Origin: Eledone cirrhosa
Taxonomy: Eukaryota
DNA: 64,000 nt
Assembly (NCBI GenBank): GCA_964016885.1
Contig: OZ024760.1
Span: 14,632,001 to 14,696,000 of the forward strand
Direction of reading: 5' to 3'
Below the pieces are notes generated by a model that saw only the letters and a program-made list of their open reading frames with translations, searched no databases and was not told where the DNA came from. Below, piece by piece: positions 38,465 to 52,290 of this stretch. The first letter of the stretch is position 1, and the number at the start of each line of letters is the position of its first letter. The translations under genes were made by a program, and so were the position numbers.

Positions 38465-41180
38465 TCATTGTTTAACGTACATTTATAGTGTGTGCTGAGT
38501 GCTTTTTTTTTTTTTTGTGACACCTACACGACCACTTTACAATATGGACTGGGTGATTTTTAACAACCCTTTTAGCAAACTGAACAATCCCTACTGACTT
38601 AGTAACTTTGTAAATGAACCAGAATTGGACAGAAATTTCACAACACCTACATAGCAGCAATCTCACAACACTCAGCACAACCACATCAAGCAATTCAAAT
38701 AATAAGTAAGTCTTCCTTACGTATCTTGAAGAATTTGCTTCCGTAAATGATTTTTTCATTTCAGCTGCTTCACATTCTGCCAGCATATTCAGGATTTCAT
38801 CTTCCTAAGAATATTCCAGGAAACAACTTCTAATTTATGGACAAGACTAGCAATTTATGAGCTGGGGAAACTTATTTAAATTGACCAAAGTATTTCACAC
38901 GATAGTGGAGGTGCATGGTGGCCTAGTGGTAAGGTTGTTGGACTTAAGATCATAATGTCGTGGGTTCGATTCCTGGGCTGGGTTGTGTGTTGTGTTCTTG
39001 AGCAAAACACTTCATTTTACGTTGCTCCAGTATACTGAGCTGAAAATGAGTACCAACAATAGCTGCGGGTTTAACCCTGCGATGGACTGGCATCCTCTCC
39101 AGGGGGAGTCTTATACTCTCTGTCACTTCATGCCATGAAACCAGGATAAGCACTGGCCTAATGAGCCTTCTAGTTTAAGACAGACTTTATTTTTATTTCA
39201 CGGATTTGTGCCAAAAGGGTTAAGCTGGTGTTTGGAACAAAACAAATGTTCTTGCATAAAATAAAAATGGAAGGTTTTTAGATAAATATAAACACTGTAT
39301 CATAGAATCAGGGACAATCTTAGGCTGGTGCTTGGAACATAAAGTATCTTGCATAAAATTATGATAACAGGTTATCAGAAGGGTCAATAGCATAATATAG
39401 GCAGCGAGAATGCTTGGTGGTATTTGTTCCAGCCCTCTGTTCTCCGAGGTCAACTTTGCCTTTCATCCTTTCGAGGTCGATAAAAAAAAGTACCAGTCCA
39501 CTACTGGGGTCGATTCTTCCTCTATATCTCTTTCTCACGCTATCTTTCTCTGGAAGAAATCTGCTGTACTCAGGCCTGGAGAGGGATGGGCTCCACCAGA
39601 CTGCCCTAGAAGCGCTGTATGTCAATACTCCGCCTCTACGACTCTATCAGGAGTTACAGGACCAAAATATACAATATCATGCTATCACACCTGCCAAAAG
39701 TAGTAAAAGGGTTAATTGTATAGCATCTCACCTGCCAACGGAAGCAAAAGTCAAAATCTTTGCTCTTTGACATAGATTTGATTTCGTTCTTAAAAACGGA
39801 GAAGGCATACGCCATCCATGTTGAATATTTCTGTTGCTGTAATTTATCATCGGATGGAAATATCCGGAAGAATCCGCCACAGTTTTCATTTTCGTAAATC
39901 TCCTGGGAAGCATTGGTTTGTAGTCTGTTTAACAAATTTTTCTTAGAAAAAGAAGAAAACAAAATATAGATGCTGTGTGGATTGACCTGACTTTCAATGG
40001 TCCAGTCAGGTGACACACACTCTTACTGTGTTATGTTGAACCTCCCTAAGAATTATGGTATGGGTACATATGTCTGTTGTCTGTAGAATACTCAACCACA
40101 CTATAATACAAGATGGATTGTACTTGAAAGATACTATTTAGAAAGATACATAGTCAATAGAATTACAGACAAACATGCATCTATACATACATATATATAA
40201 ACAGACACACTAAGAAAAAATAATTATTACATACACACACATCTATGTGATGACTGAAGAAGGAGGTGGGGGGTGAGAAACTATAGAAATCCAGCGTTCT
40301 AAGATTCATCACACTTGTGTGTGTATATGTGAAACAAATTAGCTACACACATTGGTTGTGTGTTTGCATCACTTGTATGAGTGAGCACAAAGGAACCAAC
40401 CAACAAACAAACATCTCTTTTTTATATTATGTATAGATATTATAATTAGCCATCATTTTTGACAGCACAGGGTCAGTTAGTACTATATAATACCTGTAAT
40501 CAAAACCTAGCCACACCACACTGATTTCCTCAGAGAATTTCATTAAAGATACACATGTCTGTGGAATACTCAGAGAGATGATAGTGCCATTTAGTAAAGG
40601 AGGACCAATATGCATTCTACATACCAATTCCATTTTTCTCTTCATTGCCACAATTTTGTTCAGGCTTGTTTTTCCATTGGCATCAAATTTAGAGTCCCTG
40701 CCACATTTGCTAAACAGTCTTTTCTGTGCTTCTGCCTTTTGGGCGGCCAATGTCCGTGTTTTATCACTGATCCTAAAACCAAACCAAAAAAAAACAACAA
40801 ATCAGAGACAAGCAAGCCCCATTAACCCTTTTCATAGAAAGCCAGTCAAAACCAGCTCTGATTCTATGAATCAAAATCACCTACTTTTACTCCTTTAGCA
40901 TTTACATTACTCTATATTTACTATTGTATTTACATGGAAAAGGCTTTATCTCACATAATATCGAAGCTATGGGATTTTGATCTTATTTATTTTGAGAACA
41001 ATACCTTAACATAAGTATGAATGGCTGGTTACAGCTGGTTTGAACAGAAAGAGGGGAGAGAATTCTGGTCGGATACAGCCAGTTTAAATGCTAAAAGGTT
41101 AAACTGGCCATATCCGGCCAGAATTCTCTCTCTCTGCTTTCTGTTCAAACCGGCCTTAACTGGCTGCTCATACTTATGTT

Positions 41181-41217
<37 letters not shown>

Positions 41218-43278
41218 TTACTTGATATTGAGAAGTGTTATAGTGTCTTCCAGTAGACTTCTCTTCACTTCCAGATCAATACCATGATCTGTGTTCAGGC
41301 TTGGAGATCTGTTCACCTACAACAAACCAGAACAGTCACCATCATCATCATCATTATTATCATTATCATCAGCATCATAATCTTAATCCTCATTTAACAT
41401 CTGCTAGTAAGGGTTGAATATATTGACACTGACCATATACAACTACTACTACAACTACTATTACTACTGATAACAAATGTCATACGTACTTCCAGTAACC
41501 ATGGTTTCAGGTTTGAGTCAAGGAGTACATCGAAGCCGAGTACTTCAAAGCAGACACTGGCACTGCCTGGCTGTGCGCCAGGTCGGCAGTTCCGATAGGC
41601 ATGGAGTAGGTGAGGCTCAGCCATAATCATAGTCTTAGCAATGAGGTCATATATCTGTTGCCACATCAGTGTGGCATCGTAGTCGTTGTGCCGGAGATAA
41701 TGGTTCAAATACTTAAATGATTTTTTGATACCGTCCTTGAGGCAGATTGATTTCCCATAGGTGTTGTTTCGCTTGTTGATTGAGTAATTGGTTAGGTGCA
41801 TAAACAGGTTTTCCTGGGGGAAGACAGAAAAAAAATATCAATAAAATATATATAAGGTGGGTGACAGACAGATGAAATATGGAAAAGATTGTAAGAGGAT
41901 GAAGACAAGGAGATGTGTGTTGTTGCACAGAAGTGACCAGAAGAGAAAATAAAGGAAGTCAATGTACAAGCCAAGTTTACACATACACACATCTTCACCC
42001 TCATCAGCTCTCAAACCAGCAAAATGGTTTCGCACGGTTTAATTGAGAGTACTACTTTAAAATACTGGATCGAGCAACAGTCTTTTCTATACTTTATCTG
42101 ATTGTCGTCCACCTTGTGGTTTGTTTCTCTGTTGACCACAGGCTGCTAGTCTGTCTCCTCTGAGGCATTTTTGCCCATTGCTGGTCTTTGACGGCATTTA
42201 GCTTTTTTAACAGCTGTTCTAGGGATGCGGTTTCTCATTTTTACATGAATTCAAATACACTCTCGCTTTGTCTTGATCAGAGACATTATATATATAAGTT
42301 GTGGTGTGCAGGAGAGAAGGCTGAGATGGTATGGACATGTGATGCCCATGGAGGATGACCGCTGGGTGAAGAAGTGCCAGGAAGTCCAAGTGGAGGGAAG
42401 ATGCAGTAGAGGTAGACCACGAAAAACATGGGCGGAGGTGGTGAGAGCAGACCGCAGATCACTGAAACTCACCGAGGAGATGACGAAGGACCGTGACAAG
42501 TGGAGAGATGCTGTGCTGAATAGGACCCGTCTTATTCAACACGGACGTAAAATGATGATATATATATATAATGATATATATGTATATATTATATATATAT
42601 ATTATTTTTCATTCATTTCATTTCATTTTACGTCCGCTTTTTCCCTGCTTGCAAGGGTGGGACGGGAACTGATTCTGGCTTGATTTCTACAGCTGGATGC
42701 CCTTCCTAACACCAACCTCATTTACAGTGAGTGCTGGGTGCTTTTTTGCTGTGGCACCTCCACGACCACTTTGCAGTGGAATGATAGGGACCTCAGTCCC
42801 TATCATCTCATTTCTACAGCTGAGTAAACTGGAGCAATGTGAAATAAAGTGTCTTGCTCAAGATATAATGATATATATGTATATATTATATATATATATT
42901 ATATATATATATAATGATATATATGTATATATTATATATATATATTATCATCATCATCATCATCATCACCGTTTTACGTCCGTTCTTCCACGCTAGCATG
43001 GGTTAGACGGGTTGTCCTGTTGTGTGCAGTGTCTGGTCGGCTGACCATGCCTTGCTCATACAGGAACTGATCTGGCTTATTATATATATAAATAATTGTT
43101 TCTACTATTGGCACAAGGCCAGCAATTATCCCAGTGTATTACTGGTACTTTATTTTAGCAACCCCGTAAGGATGAAAGGCAAAGTTAACCTCGGCGGGAT
43201 TTGAACTCAGACCATAAAGGGACGTAACTCTATGTGTCAAAGCATGGCGTCCGACCCTTTACTGATACTCCCAATGTA

Positions 43279-43325
<47 letters not shown>

Positions 43326-43502
43326 TATATATATATATTATATATATATATATATCATCATCATCATCATTTTACATCCGCTTTTCCCTGCTTATATAGC
43401 GAGACACGGTCACCTGACACAACTAGCCTTAAAATAGGACCCGTCTCACCCATCCTAGCGTGGAAGATGGATGTTAATCGATGATGATAATGATGATGAT
43501 GA

Positions 43503-43554
<52 letters not shown>

Positions 43555-46500
43555 CTTCTTTGAAGATGTAATTCCAGAAGAGCCTATCCATTCTTACCAA
43601 ATTGTCTTCAGAAGGTGGCAGATAATCCACGGTGCTCAGCCGTACCAAACCCTCCTTGTAAACAAACACACGCAAGGGGTCACACGTTGTGATGAGAACA
43701 TAGAGACGCAGGTCAAACTTTAAGTTGTTGATGAGAAGGGGTTTCTTGATGTATTCCTGTATGATGGTGTTCTCTCTACAATGTATTTTCTCAAGATTGT
43801 TACATAAATAAATACTGAAAAAAAAATTAAAACATTTATTAGAAGTGAGGAAAAAAAACAGAAAAATTAAAGAAACATTTAACCCATTAGCATTTAAACC
43901 GGTCGTATTTGGCCAGAATTCTCTCACCTCTTTCTGTTCAAACTGGCTGTAACTGGCTGCTCATAATTATGTTAAGGTATTGTTCACAAAAGAAATAATA
44001 TCAAGATCTCATAGATTCAATTTTCTGTGAGATAAAGCCTTTACCATGAAAATATAATAGTAAATATAGACTTTAAATATACCCTTTAACATTTAAACCG
44101 GCCGTATTTGGCCAGAATTCTCTCTCATCTCTTTCTGTTCAAAGTGGCTGTAACTGGATGCTCATACTTATGTTAAGGTATTGTTCTCAAAATAAATAAT
44201 ATCAAAATCTCATAGATTCAATATTATGTGAAAGAATTATGTGAGGTAAAGCCTTTACTATGAAAATACAATAGTATATATAGAGTAACGTAAATGCTAA
44301 AGGATTAATTCAGAAAGAAAGAGCATTAACTCTTTTGTTATCATATTTCTAATGAAAGATACTTCCTATGGAATGATTTAAGGAGATGTGTTGAAATAGC
44401 CATTGCGACTCATGAGACTAAAACCTCCGGGTGGCCAAATCTATCCTAATAGCAGTGAGTATGGAGGTGGTCTAAGGACTAAGAACGCCAGACCTCTCCA
44501 TTGCTATAGGTTAACAATATTGAAAATATTCATACTAACCCATGTCCTTGAGATGAATTAAATGGTTTGGCAATGTAGGTTTGGTCCTTAGGGGACTGGG
44601 GGCGCAGGAAAAACTCAGAGGATTCCGATGTTAATATCCATGTTTTCGGATGGAAGTTGAAAGCTTCCCAATACATTTTTTGCATCCTGCAAAAGAAAGA
44701 AAAAAGAATAAATAAATAAGGATTTCAACTAGAAGCCACTTGGAGGAGAAAGAGCATCAAGCTTGTTATGTGTGTATGTGTGGACTATCTGCCAGTTCCA
44801 ACAATGAGTGTGTGTGTGTGTGCGTGTGTGTTACAGCTCACACCTATGCAGGTTTAGTTGGCCTCCTCCAAGGTATATCTCGTTGGAGGTGTCTTGGGTG
44901 ATTTAATGATAGGGACCCCAGTCCTATCATCTCATTTCTACAGCTGAGTAAACTGGAGCAACGTGAAATAAAGTGTCTTGCTCAAGGAAACAACACATCA
45001 CCTGGTCTGAGAATTGAACTCACAACCTTTCGATTGCAAGCCCAATGCTCTAACCACTAAGCCATGCGCCTTCACGAAGGCAACAATGAGTGTGCCAGTT
45101 GTTGGTGCTCCATTATGGCCATAGACCCAACAATGGATGGAACCAGAGTAAAAACCAAAACAAAAACAAAACGAGTAATGAAAAAAAACAACAACCCAAA
45201 ACAAACAAAAATAAAATGACTTACTTTACAATATTACGTGCCAAATAGTCTTTCCTTGTTATTTTAACCATTCCTGGGAAATGGTTAATTCTTTGGTAGC
45301 ACCGTAGCTCTGAGACTTTCTCATTTGTCACATAGGCATCACTCCATATAAGGTAACTGCAGGAATAATAATGGTTTCTTTAACAATTAAGTTAAAAATG
45401 TACATCTACATATGCATACTGAAATACTAGTATGCATATGAATACACACACGTATACATATGTAGATGTAACAAGTCTTTCACTGGTTACTTTACTGTGA
45501 GTAACCCAGCTATTCTGTATGTAAACACACAGACAAACCGGTTTTTAGAGTCATACTGGTTTTCGAGGAAACACCTTTCCTCTATTCTCCAGAAAGCCAG
45601 ACAAGGAATATTGAACTAGTTTCGTTGTTGTTACAACTCATCAGCAATATTTACCTATCTACCGGCCTTTCTGGAGAATCGTAAAAGCACATATCGTTAT
45701 ATGCTTTTTCTATGAAAATTAGTAGTGGGCAGACTAATTTGCATAGAGTGTGAGTACGCACCGGTTCAGCGGAGACGATAAAAACAAATAACGAAACGAA
45801 ATTAAATTTCAAATTTAAATTTAAATTTCGTTTCGTTTGTAACTCACTTTTGTATGACTGACGCTTAAACAATTAATTTAAAAATGTACATCTACATATG
45901 CATACTGAAATACTAGTATGCTAGATAGGTAAATATTGCTGATGAGTTGTAACAACAACGAAACTAGTTCAATATTCCTTGTCTGGCTTTCTGGAGAATA
46001 GAGGAAAGGTGTTTCCTCGAAAACCAGCATGACTCTAAAAACCGGTTTGTCTGTGTGTTTACATACAGAATAGCTGGGTTACTCACAGTAAAGTAACCAG
46101 TGAAAGACTTGTTACATCTACATATGTATACGTGTGTGTATTCATATGTATACTAGTATTTCAGTATGCATATGTAGATGTACATTTTTAACTTAATTGT
46201 TTAAGCGTCAGTCATACAAAAGTGAGTTACAAACGAAACGAAATTTAAATTTAAATTTGAAATTTAATTTCGTTTCGTTATTTGTTTTTAATGGTTTCTT
46301 TATTAACCACAAAGGGTTTACATCAAGAAAAACATTATTACTGACTATCAAAGCTACCAACACCACCACCACCACCATCAACACCACCACCACCACCACC
46401 ATCAACACCACCACCACCACCATCAACACCACCACCACCACCACCATCAACACCACTACCACCACCATCATCAACACCACCACCACCACCACCATCAACA

Positions 46501-48484
46501 CCACTACCACCACCATCATCAACACTACCACCACCACCATCAACACCACCACCACCACCACCATCAACACCACCACCATCAACACCACCACCACCACCAC
46601 CACCATCAACACCACCACCATCAACACCACCACCATCAACAACACCACCACCACCATCAACACCACCACCACCACCACCACCATCCCATGCCTCACCTGG
46701 TGAAATCTTCATCATCACTGATGGAGAAGTTCAAACTATCCAAAACTTTCTTCACTGGAAAAAAAGAAAAAAAAAAAACAACTTGGTTAGCATATTGTTG
46801 TTGTTGTTGTTGTTGTTGTTATTGCTGATGTTGTTGTTGTCGTTATTGTTGGTGTTGTTGTTATTGTTGTTGTTGCTTGGTGTTGTTATTTTTGGTATTG
46901 TTGTTGTTGTTATTGCTGGTGTTGTTGTTGTTATTGCTGGTATCGCTATTGTTGTTGTTATTGCTGGTGTTGTTGTTGTTATTGCTGGTATTGCTATTGT
47001 TGTTGTTATTGCTGGCGTTGTTGTTGTTGTTGACAATGCTCATAATGTTCTTGTTATTGATGTTATTGTTGTTTTTATTGTTGATGTTGACGATGTGTTA
47101 GTTATCAAGCCAGAAGTATTTTTCATGTCTGGATGCCCTTCCTATCACTAAATACTTTACAGGGTGTACTAGGGGTGTCTGACATGTATATCACCAACAC
47201 TGGGGAGGTTGTCATGTCTGTGACCCAGTTGAAAAATCCTGAAACAGGGGCAGTAAATGTGTTAGGAATAGAGGCGTAACTAGGTTATGCCAAGCATGGC
47301 CCCCACTTGAACTAGGAGCGTTTTCTATTAAAGTCAGATAAACTAACATCGGAGAATGAGATGTATGATCTGTCTCTATCACGAGTGAGAAACACTATGG
47401 TGGCTGGATCATTAACCCTTTAGTATTTACATTACTCTAAATTTAATATTATATTTTCACAGTAAAGGCTTTATCTTACATAATTCATCATTTCATTTTA
47501 CGTCCGCTTTTCCCTGCTTGCAAGGGTGGGACGGCAACTGATTCTGGCTTGATTTCTACAGCTGGATGCCCTTCCTAACACCAACCTCATTTACAGTGGG
47601 TGCTGGGTGCTTTTTTGCCGTGGCACCTCCACGACCACTTTGCAGTGGAATGATAGGGACCCCAGTCCCTATCATCTCATTTCTACAGCTGAGTAAACTG
47701 GAGCAATATGAAATCAAGTGTCTTGCCAAAGGAAACAACACATCACCCGGGCTGAGAATTTAAATCACAACCTTTCGATTGCTAGCCCAATGCTCTAACC
47801 ACTAAGCCATGTGTCTCCATCCATTATTTCACATAATATTGAATCTATGAGATTTTGATATTATATATTTGAGAAAAATATATTAACATAAGTATGAGTG
47901 GCCTGTTACAGCTGGTTTGAACAGAAAGAAGTGAGAGAATTCTGGCCGGATACGGCCGGTTTAAATGCTAAAGGGTTAAACTATTTATATAAATTATTAG
48001 GTCCATATAGTGCTGGACAGGGTTGCAAATTTCACTGCTTACCATTGGCTCTATTTTTCCTACTTAGGTCTCTGGTTAGGGAGGATATCCAGTGTGTGTG
48101 AGTGAGTACCTCTGTGTGTGAGTGTGTGTGTGAGTGTGAATGTGAGTGTGTGTGTGTGTGGATGTTTGCTCTCATATTCCTATATGGTTCTTACCTAACT
48201 TAAAGCCCTGAAACAGGGACAATAAATGTGTTAGGAAAGATATCCAGTGTGTGTGTGTGTGCATCTGTGTGTGTACGTGTGCATATGTGTGTGTATGTGT
48301 GCATCTGTGTGTATGTGTTCCTCTGTGTGTGCTTCTATGTGTGTATGTGTGCCTCTGTCTGTGTCTGTGTGTATATGTGTGCCTGTGTGTTTGTGGGTGC
48401 CTCTCTCTGTCTGTGTATGTGTGCCTCTGTGTGTGTATGTGTGCCTCTGTGTGTGCATGTGTGCCTCTCTCTGTGTGTGTATGT

Positions 48485-48555
<71 letters not shown>

Positions 48556-48736
48556 CATGTGGGCGTGTGAGCTCTCATGTTCTTATATGGTTCTCACCTA
48601 ACTTAAAGCGGGTTCCAGAAATATTAGCCGACACAATTTTCTTCTCCTTTTTCTGTTTTTCCTTGCAAGTTTCAGCAGTCTCACCATTCTCCAGAATATC
48701 AACACATTCCTCCCCAGAAGTCTCTTCAACTGACAT
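38296..48736 (-). CDS. TTLL7: TTLL7-like tubulin polyglutamylase, about 560 aa, 10 clear exons plus a probable terminal exon
   Basis: Minus-strand exons: 48736-48598, 46754-46697, 45356-45225, 44686-44540, 43814-43598, 41813-41490, 41316-41222, 40772-40625, 39941-39732, 38804-38721, and a tentative last exon 38427-38296. Motifs: SANISGTRFKLV, YQRINHFPGM, RKDYLARN, QEYIKKP, KFDLRLY, MHLTNYSINK, AEPHLLHAYRNCRPG, CFEVLGFDVLLD, LEVNRSPS, QKAEAQKRL, EDEILNMLAECE. The last several are TTLL7-type. It may be a paralog rather than the ortholog, and the last exon has no homology support. Confidence 0.88.
42270..42560 (+). mobile_element. RTE LINE 3' end
   Basis: RRLRWYGHVMPMEDDRWVKKC...GRPRKTW...DRDKWR, then the tail ggacgtaaaatgatgat. 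The same tail ends many SINE-like repeats here (about 5905, 11560, 19350, 25270, 25360, 42960, 43440). Confidence 0.85.
44725..45074 (-). mobile_element. tRNA-headed SINE (second family)
   Basis: Near-identical 350-bp copy at 62112-62460 (+). tRNA-like head with A and B boxes, followed by ccttgagcaagacacttta. Confidence 0.8.
45607..45651 (-). ncRNA. Minimal type I hammerhead ribozyme (inverted copy, sense to the TTLL7-like pre-mRNA)
   Basis: Exact reverse complement of 45932-45976. Confidence 0.82.
45932..45976 (+). ncRNA. Minimal type I hammerhead ribozyme
   Basis: aatattg-CTGATGA-gttgt-aaca-acaac-GAAAC-ta-GT-T-caatatt: 7-bp stem I, 5-bp stem II, complete core and palindromic ACTAGT stem III. 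Confidence 0.82.
46355..46685. repeat. (CAC)n/(CATCAA) compound microsatellite
   Basis: Directly visible; adjoins the TTLL7-like exon 2 donor. Confidence 0.95.
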
Positions 48737-49244
48737 GGTCAAATATATATTCCCTCACAACTCACAAGATTACTGTTGTGGCTGATGGCCAATGATAGTC
48801 AGCCATAGACGATTGATGATGAGCTGAAAAAAATATCTGTTATATTAACAGCAAGTAAAAAACGTACAGCAGAATCTTGGTTCACAAATTTAACCCTTTA
48901 GCATTTACATTACTCTATATTTACTATTATATCTTCACAGTAAAGGGGTTACTTCACATAATATCTTACATAATATCTTACATAATATCAAATCTATGAG
49001 ATTTTGATATTATTTATTTTGAGAACAGTACCTTAACATAAGTATGAGTGGCTGGTTACGGCCGGTTTGATCAGAAAGAGGTGAGAGGACTCTGGCCGAG
49101 AGAGAGAGAGAGGGGCACTGTCCCTGTATGTCTAAAGAGAGACAGAGAGAGAGAGAAAGAGGCATTGGCCCTGTATGTCTAAAGAGAGAGAGAGAGGGGG
49201 GGGGCACTGGCCTTGTATGTCTAGAGAGAGAGAGGCACTGGCCT

Positions 49245-49294
<50 letters not shown>

Positions 49295-49789
49295 GCACTG
49301 GTTCTCTATGTCTAGAGAGAGAGAGAGAGAGAGCAACAGAGAGAGAGGGAGAGAGAGATTATTTAACAGCCAACATATCTCATTAATAATAAAAACATTA
49401 CTACCTGATGTTGTTGCAGTTGTTAGTGTGTTAGTGTTAGTGGTGTTGTTGGTGTTGTTGGTGTTGTTGGTGTTGTTGGTGATGTGATTGTTGCTGTGGC
49501 TGTCATGTCAACATGGACAAGGGTACACCACTTCCTTTGAACTCTCTCACTTCCAACAGCTGACAATAACACTTGTCTGTCAGATTATATATGATTATAT
49601 ATATATATAATTATATAACATTTGTCTGTCAGATTATATATGATTATATATATATATATATATATAATTAGAAAGTAAACAACACAAAATATAATATATA
49701 TATTTTGTGTTGTTCACTTTCTAATTAAATAGCTCTGTTCTATACATAGAGCACTCTTTTTTCCTTTGCTTTTCCTTCAGAATTACCTA

Positions 49790-49821
<32 letters not shown>

Positions 49822-50883
49822 TGTATATATATATAAATATATATTGTATATATATATAAATATATATATATATATTCACACAGATATGTGTGTGTATGTG
49901 CATGTGTTTATGTGAGAGAGAAAGAGAGGGTGTGTCCCGGACCAGAATTGTATACTTTTGAAGTCTGCCTTGAACAGCTAACACAAAACAACACTTGTTA
50001 GATCATATGACAATATATAACTATATCATAATTTATTATAATTACAGATAATGTTATCAAAATCAATAGCAGCCAAACTGCTAATTTTGCCTGATATATG
50101 TTTTGTTAAAAAAATAATTTAGCTTCCTTGACACCAACACTAGGGAGGTTGCAATGCCTTTGACACAACTGATGAGGCCTTGCAACCTTTTGTTTGACAG
50201 AGTTTTAATGGTAGAATACTCTTCCTAAATACGCTTGTGTATGTGTATATATATATATATATACACATTCAACTCAACATTAAGTTCATATGTCGATATG
50301 TCATTATCTGTAAACCAAATATTGTATTTTAACTGACGATAGCGTACCAAAATACTGGTACCTTGAAATATGTATAATAAAATAAATATGGTTTTAAAGA
50401 TATTTTCCAATCCGTTATAAATTAACTTTGTTGAATAATCAACAAATTAAATAACTCATTGTATGTATATATATGATGATGGCTGCAACTCAATTTTGAG
50501 TAATGCCATCACTTATTACTTAAGCATAAGCATCCTGGACGTGGCTTTTTAGTCTTGCTAGGGACTTGCTTATGGTCAACAATACCATGCATCACAAAAA
50601 ATGTCACATATCAAGCGGTGCCTGTGCTTGAAGCTTTTTTTAAGTGAGGAAAGGTTTTGCACAGGGCCAATCTCACTCTCTGAACATAGAATGCATTTGC
50701 CCAAAAAGAAGAACTTGACTGCATCATTGGATGCAAAGGAAGTTGCAGGTTTTATATCAGAGTGACCTTCTCCTAGAGAGATGTCTTAAGGAAGACTATA
50801 GGAGTCTCTTGTTTCAGAACAAAGAATACTTTATTGGATGGCAGTTGACACACACTATGTACACATGCATGTGAATGCATGAA

Positions 50884-50945
<62 letters not shown>

Positions 50946-51059
50946 ATGATTTATATATAGATGTACATACACACACACATATATATATATTTAACCTTGC
51001 TCAATTGCACCTCTCAAAGGCAGTGACACAGGACTGATATATCTGGCATTATGCAGTAA

Positions 51060-51478
51060 TACTGAAGACCTGCCTTCCAATGAGCACAGGCTGAAGCACA
51101 ACTTGGAATAAAAAGGTCTTAACATCAACTTGGCAAAGACTAAAGTCCCAGTAAGTAGAAAGGAAAACAGATCTCTTCAGGGAAATGGCCTTGCTTTATT
51201 GTGCAGAAAAGGAGTGGGTAGAAATTCCATCCTTTGTCCCAATTGTTAACTATGGGTACACAAGAAATGTAGTGGGATCTTAGGCAGGCTAACAAAGAAC
51301 ATGGGTTTTACATGTGGCTGATGCAAAGGTGCAGTAAGTAGCAAGTACTTTCAGGAAATTAACTGAACGAAAAGTTTAGTAAGGTGTAGTTGACAGGTTC
51401 TGTTACCTGGGTGACCAAATTAGCAGTGGAGGTGGGTGTTCCAAAAGTACAGTAGCCAGAGTGAGAACATGCTGATGA
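51060..51478 (+). mobile_element. Decayed RTE reverse transcriptase fragment
   Basis: INLAKTKV...CRKGVGRNSILC..C*LWVHKKCSGI...VDRFCYLGDQISSGGGC....VARVR, with stops. Confidence 0.8.
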
Positions 51479-51844
51479 CATGATAAAAGAGCACCCAGTC
51501 CACCCTGTAAGGTAGTTGTGCTAGTGGCACATTAAATAAGCACCCAGCCAACCTTGTAAAGCGGTCATGTTAGTGACACAATAAAAAGCACTCAGTCCAC
51601 CCCGTAAAGTGATCACGTTGGTGACACAACAAAAAGCACTCAGTCCACCCTGTAAGGTAGTTGTGCTGATAACAAGGAAAAATTACCTAGTCCACCCTAT
51701 GGTTGGCATTAGGAAAGGCATCTAGCCGCAGAAACCTAACCAGAAACAGTTCTGTATGAGCAAGACACGGTCACCTGATCAGATTTGTCCAGGACAAATC
51801 GTCTAAGCCATGCTAGAATGGAAAATGAACATTAAATGGGGATG

Positions 51845-52290
51845 ACAGACCTGCCAACCTCTAAAAGCCCAAACGGGGAGTACCATCAAGAAAAGTGCCA
51901 CAAAATGGGGAGATTTTACATAATGAAAGCTATACCCATTTTCACCAGAGAAGACATCTCTTATCCAGCCCAAAGTTGGTGAGAGATCTCCCCATCGGGC
52001 GAGGAGAGTTGACAGGTCTGTTAATGTGATGCAATCATAGTGGTTTTTTTTATAGTTTTCAAGAATGTCTAATGGGTTTATACTGTCTGGTAATTTAAAT
52101 GTTTACAGTATGTTTAATGGACCAATCATGGTGAAAACATGCAGTAAACTAAAATAAAGATTTTTGGTGTTAATTCTGATGCAACCATAGTGCAGACTTG
52201 TCAACTCACCCCGTCCGACAGGGAGATCTTCCACCCACTTTAGGGTAGGTGAGAGATCTCCCCATCAGACAGGGAGAGTTGATAGGTCTG
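51845..52290. mobile_element. Two related hairpin MITEs (51845-52020 and 52193-52290)
   Basis: TIRs cagacctgccaac / gttgacaggtctg and cagacttgtcaactc / gagttgataggtctg, with a shared inner gagatctcccc. Confidence 0.65.

Larger units (their letters stand above)
45369..46302. mobile_element. Penelope-like element remnant with nested inverted repeats and a 14-bp direct repeat at both ends
   Basis: 45383-45661 is inverted at 45922-46200, and 45779-45920 is inverted at about 46151-46290. Flanking taatggtttcttta at 45369-45382 and 46289-46302. Carries two hammerhead motifs. Confidence 0.75.
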
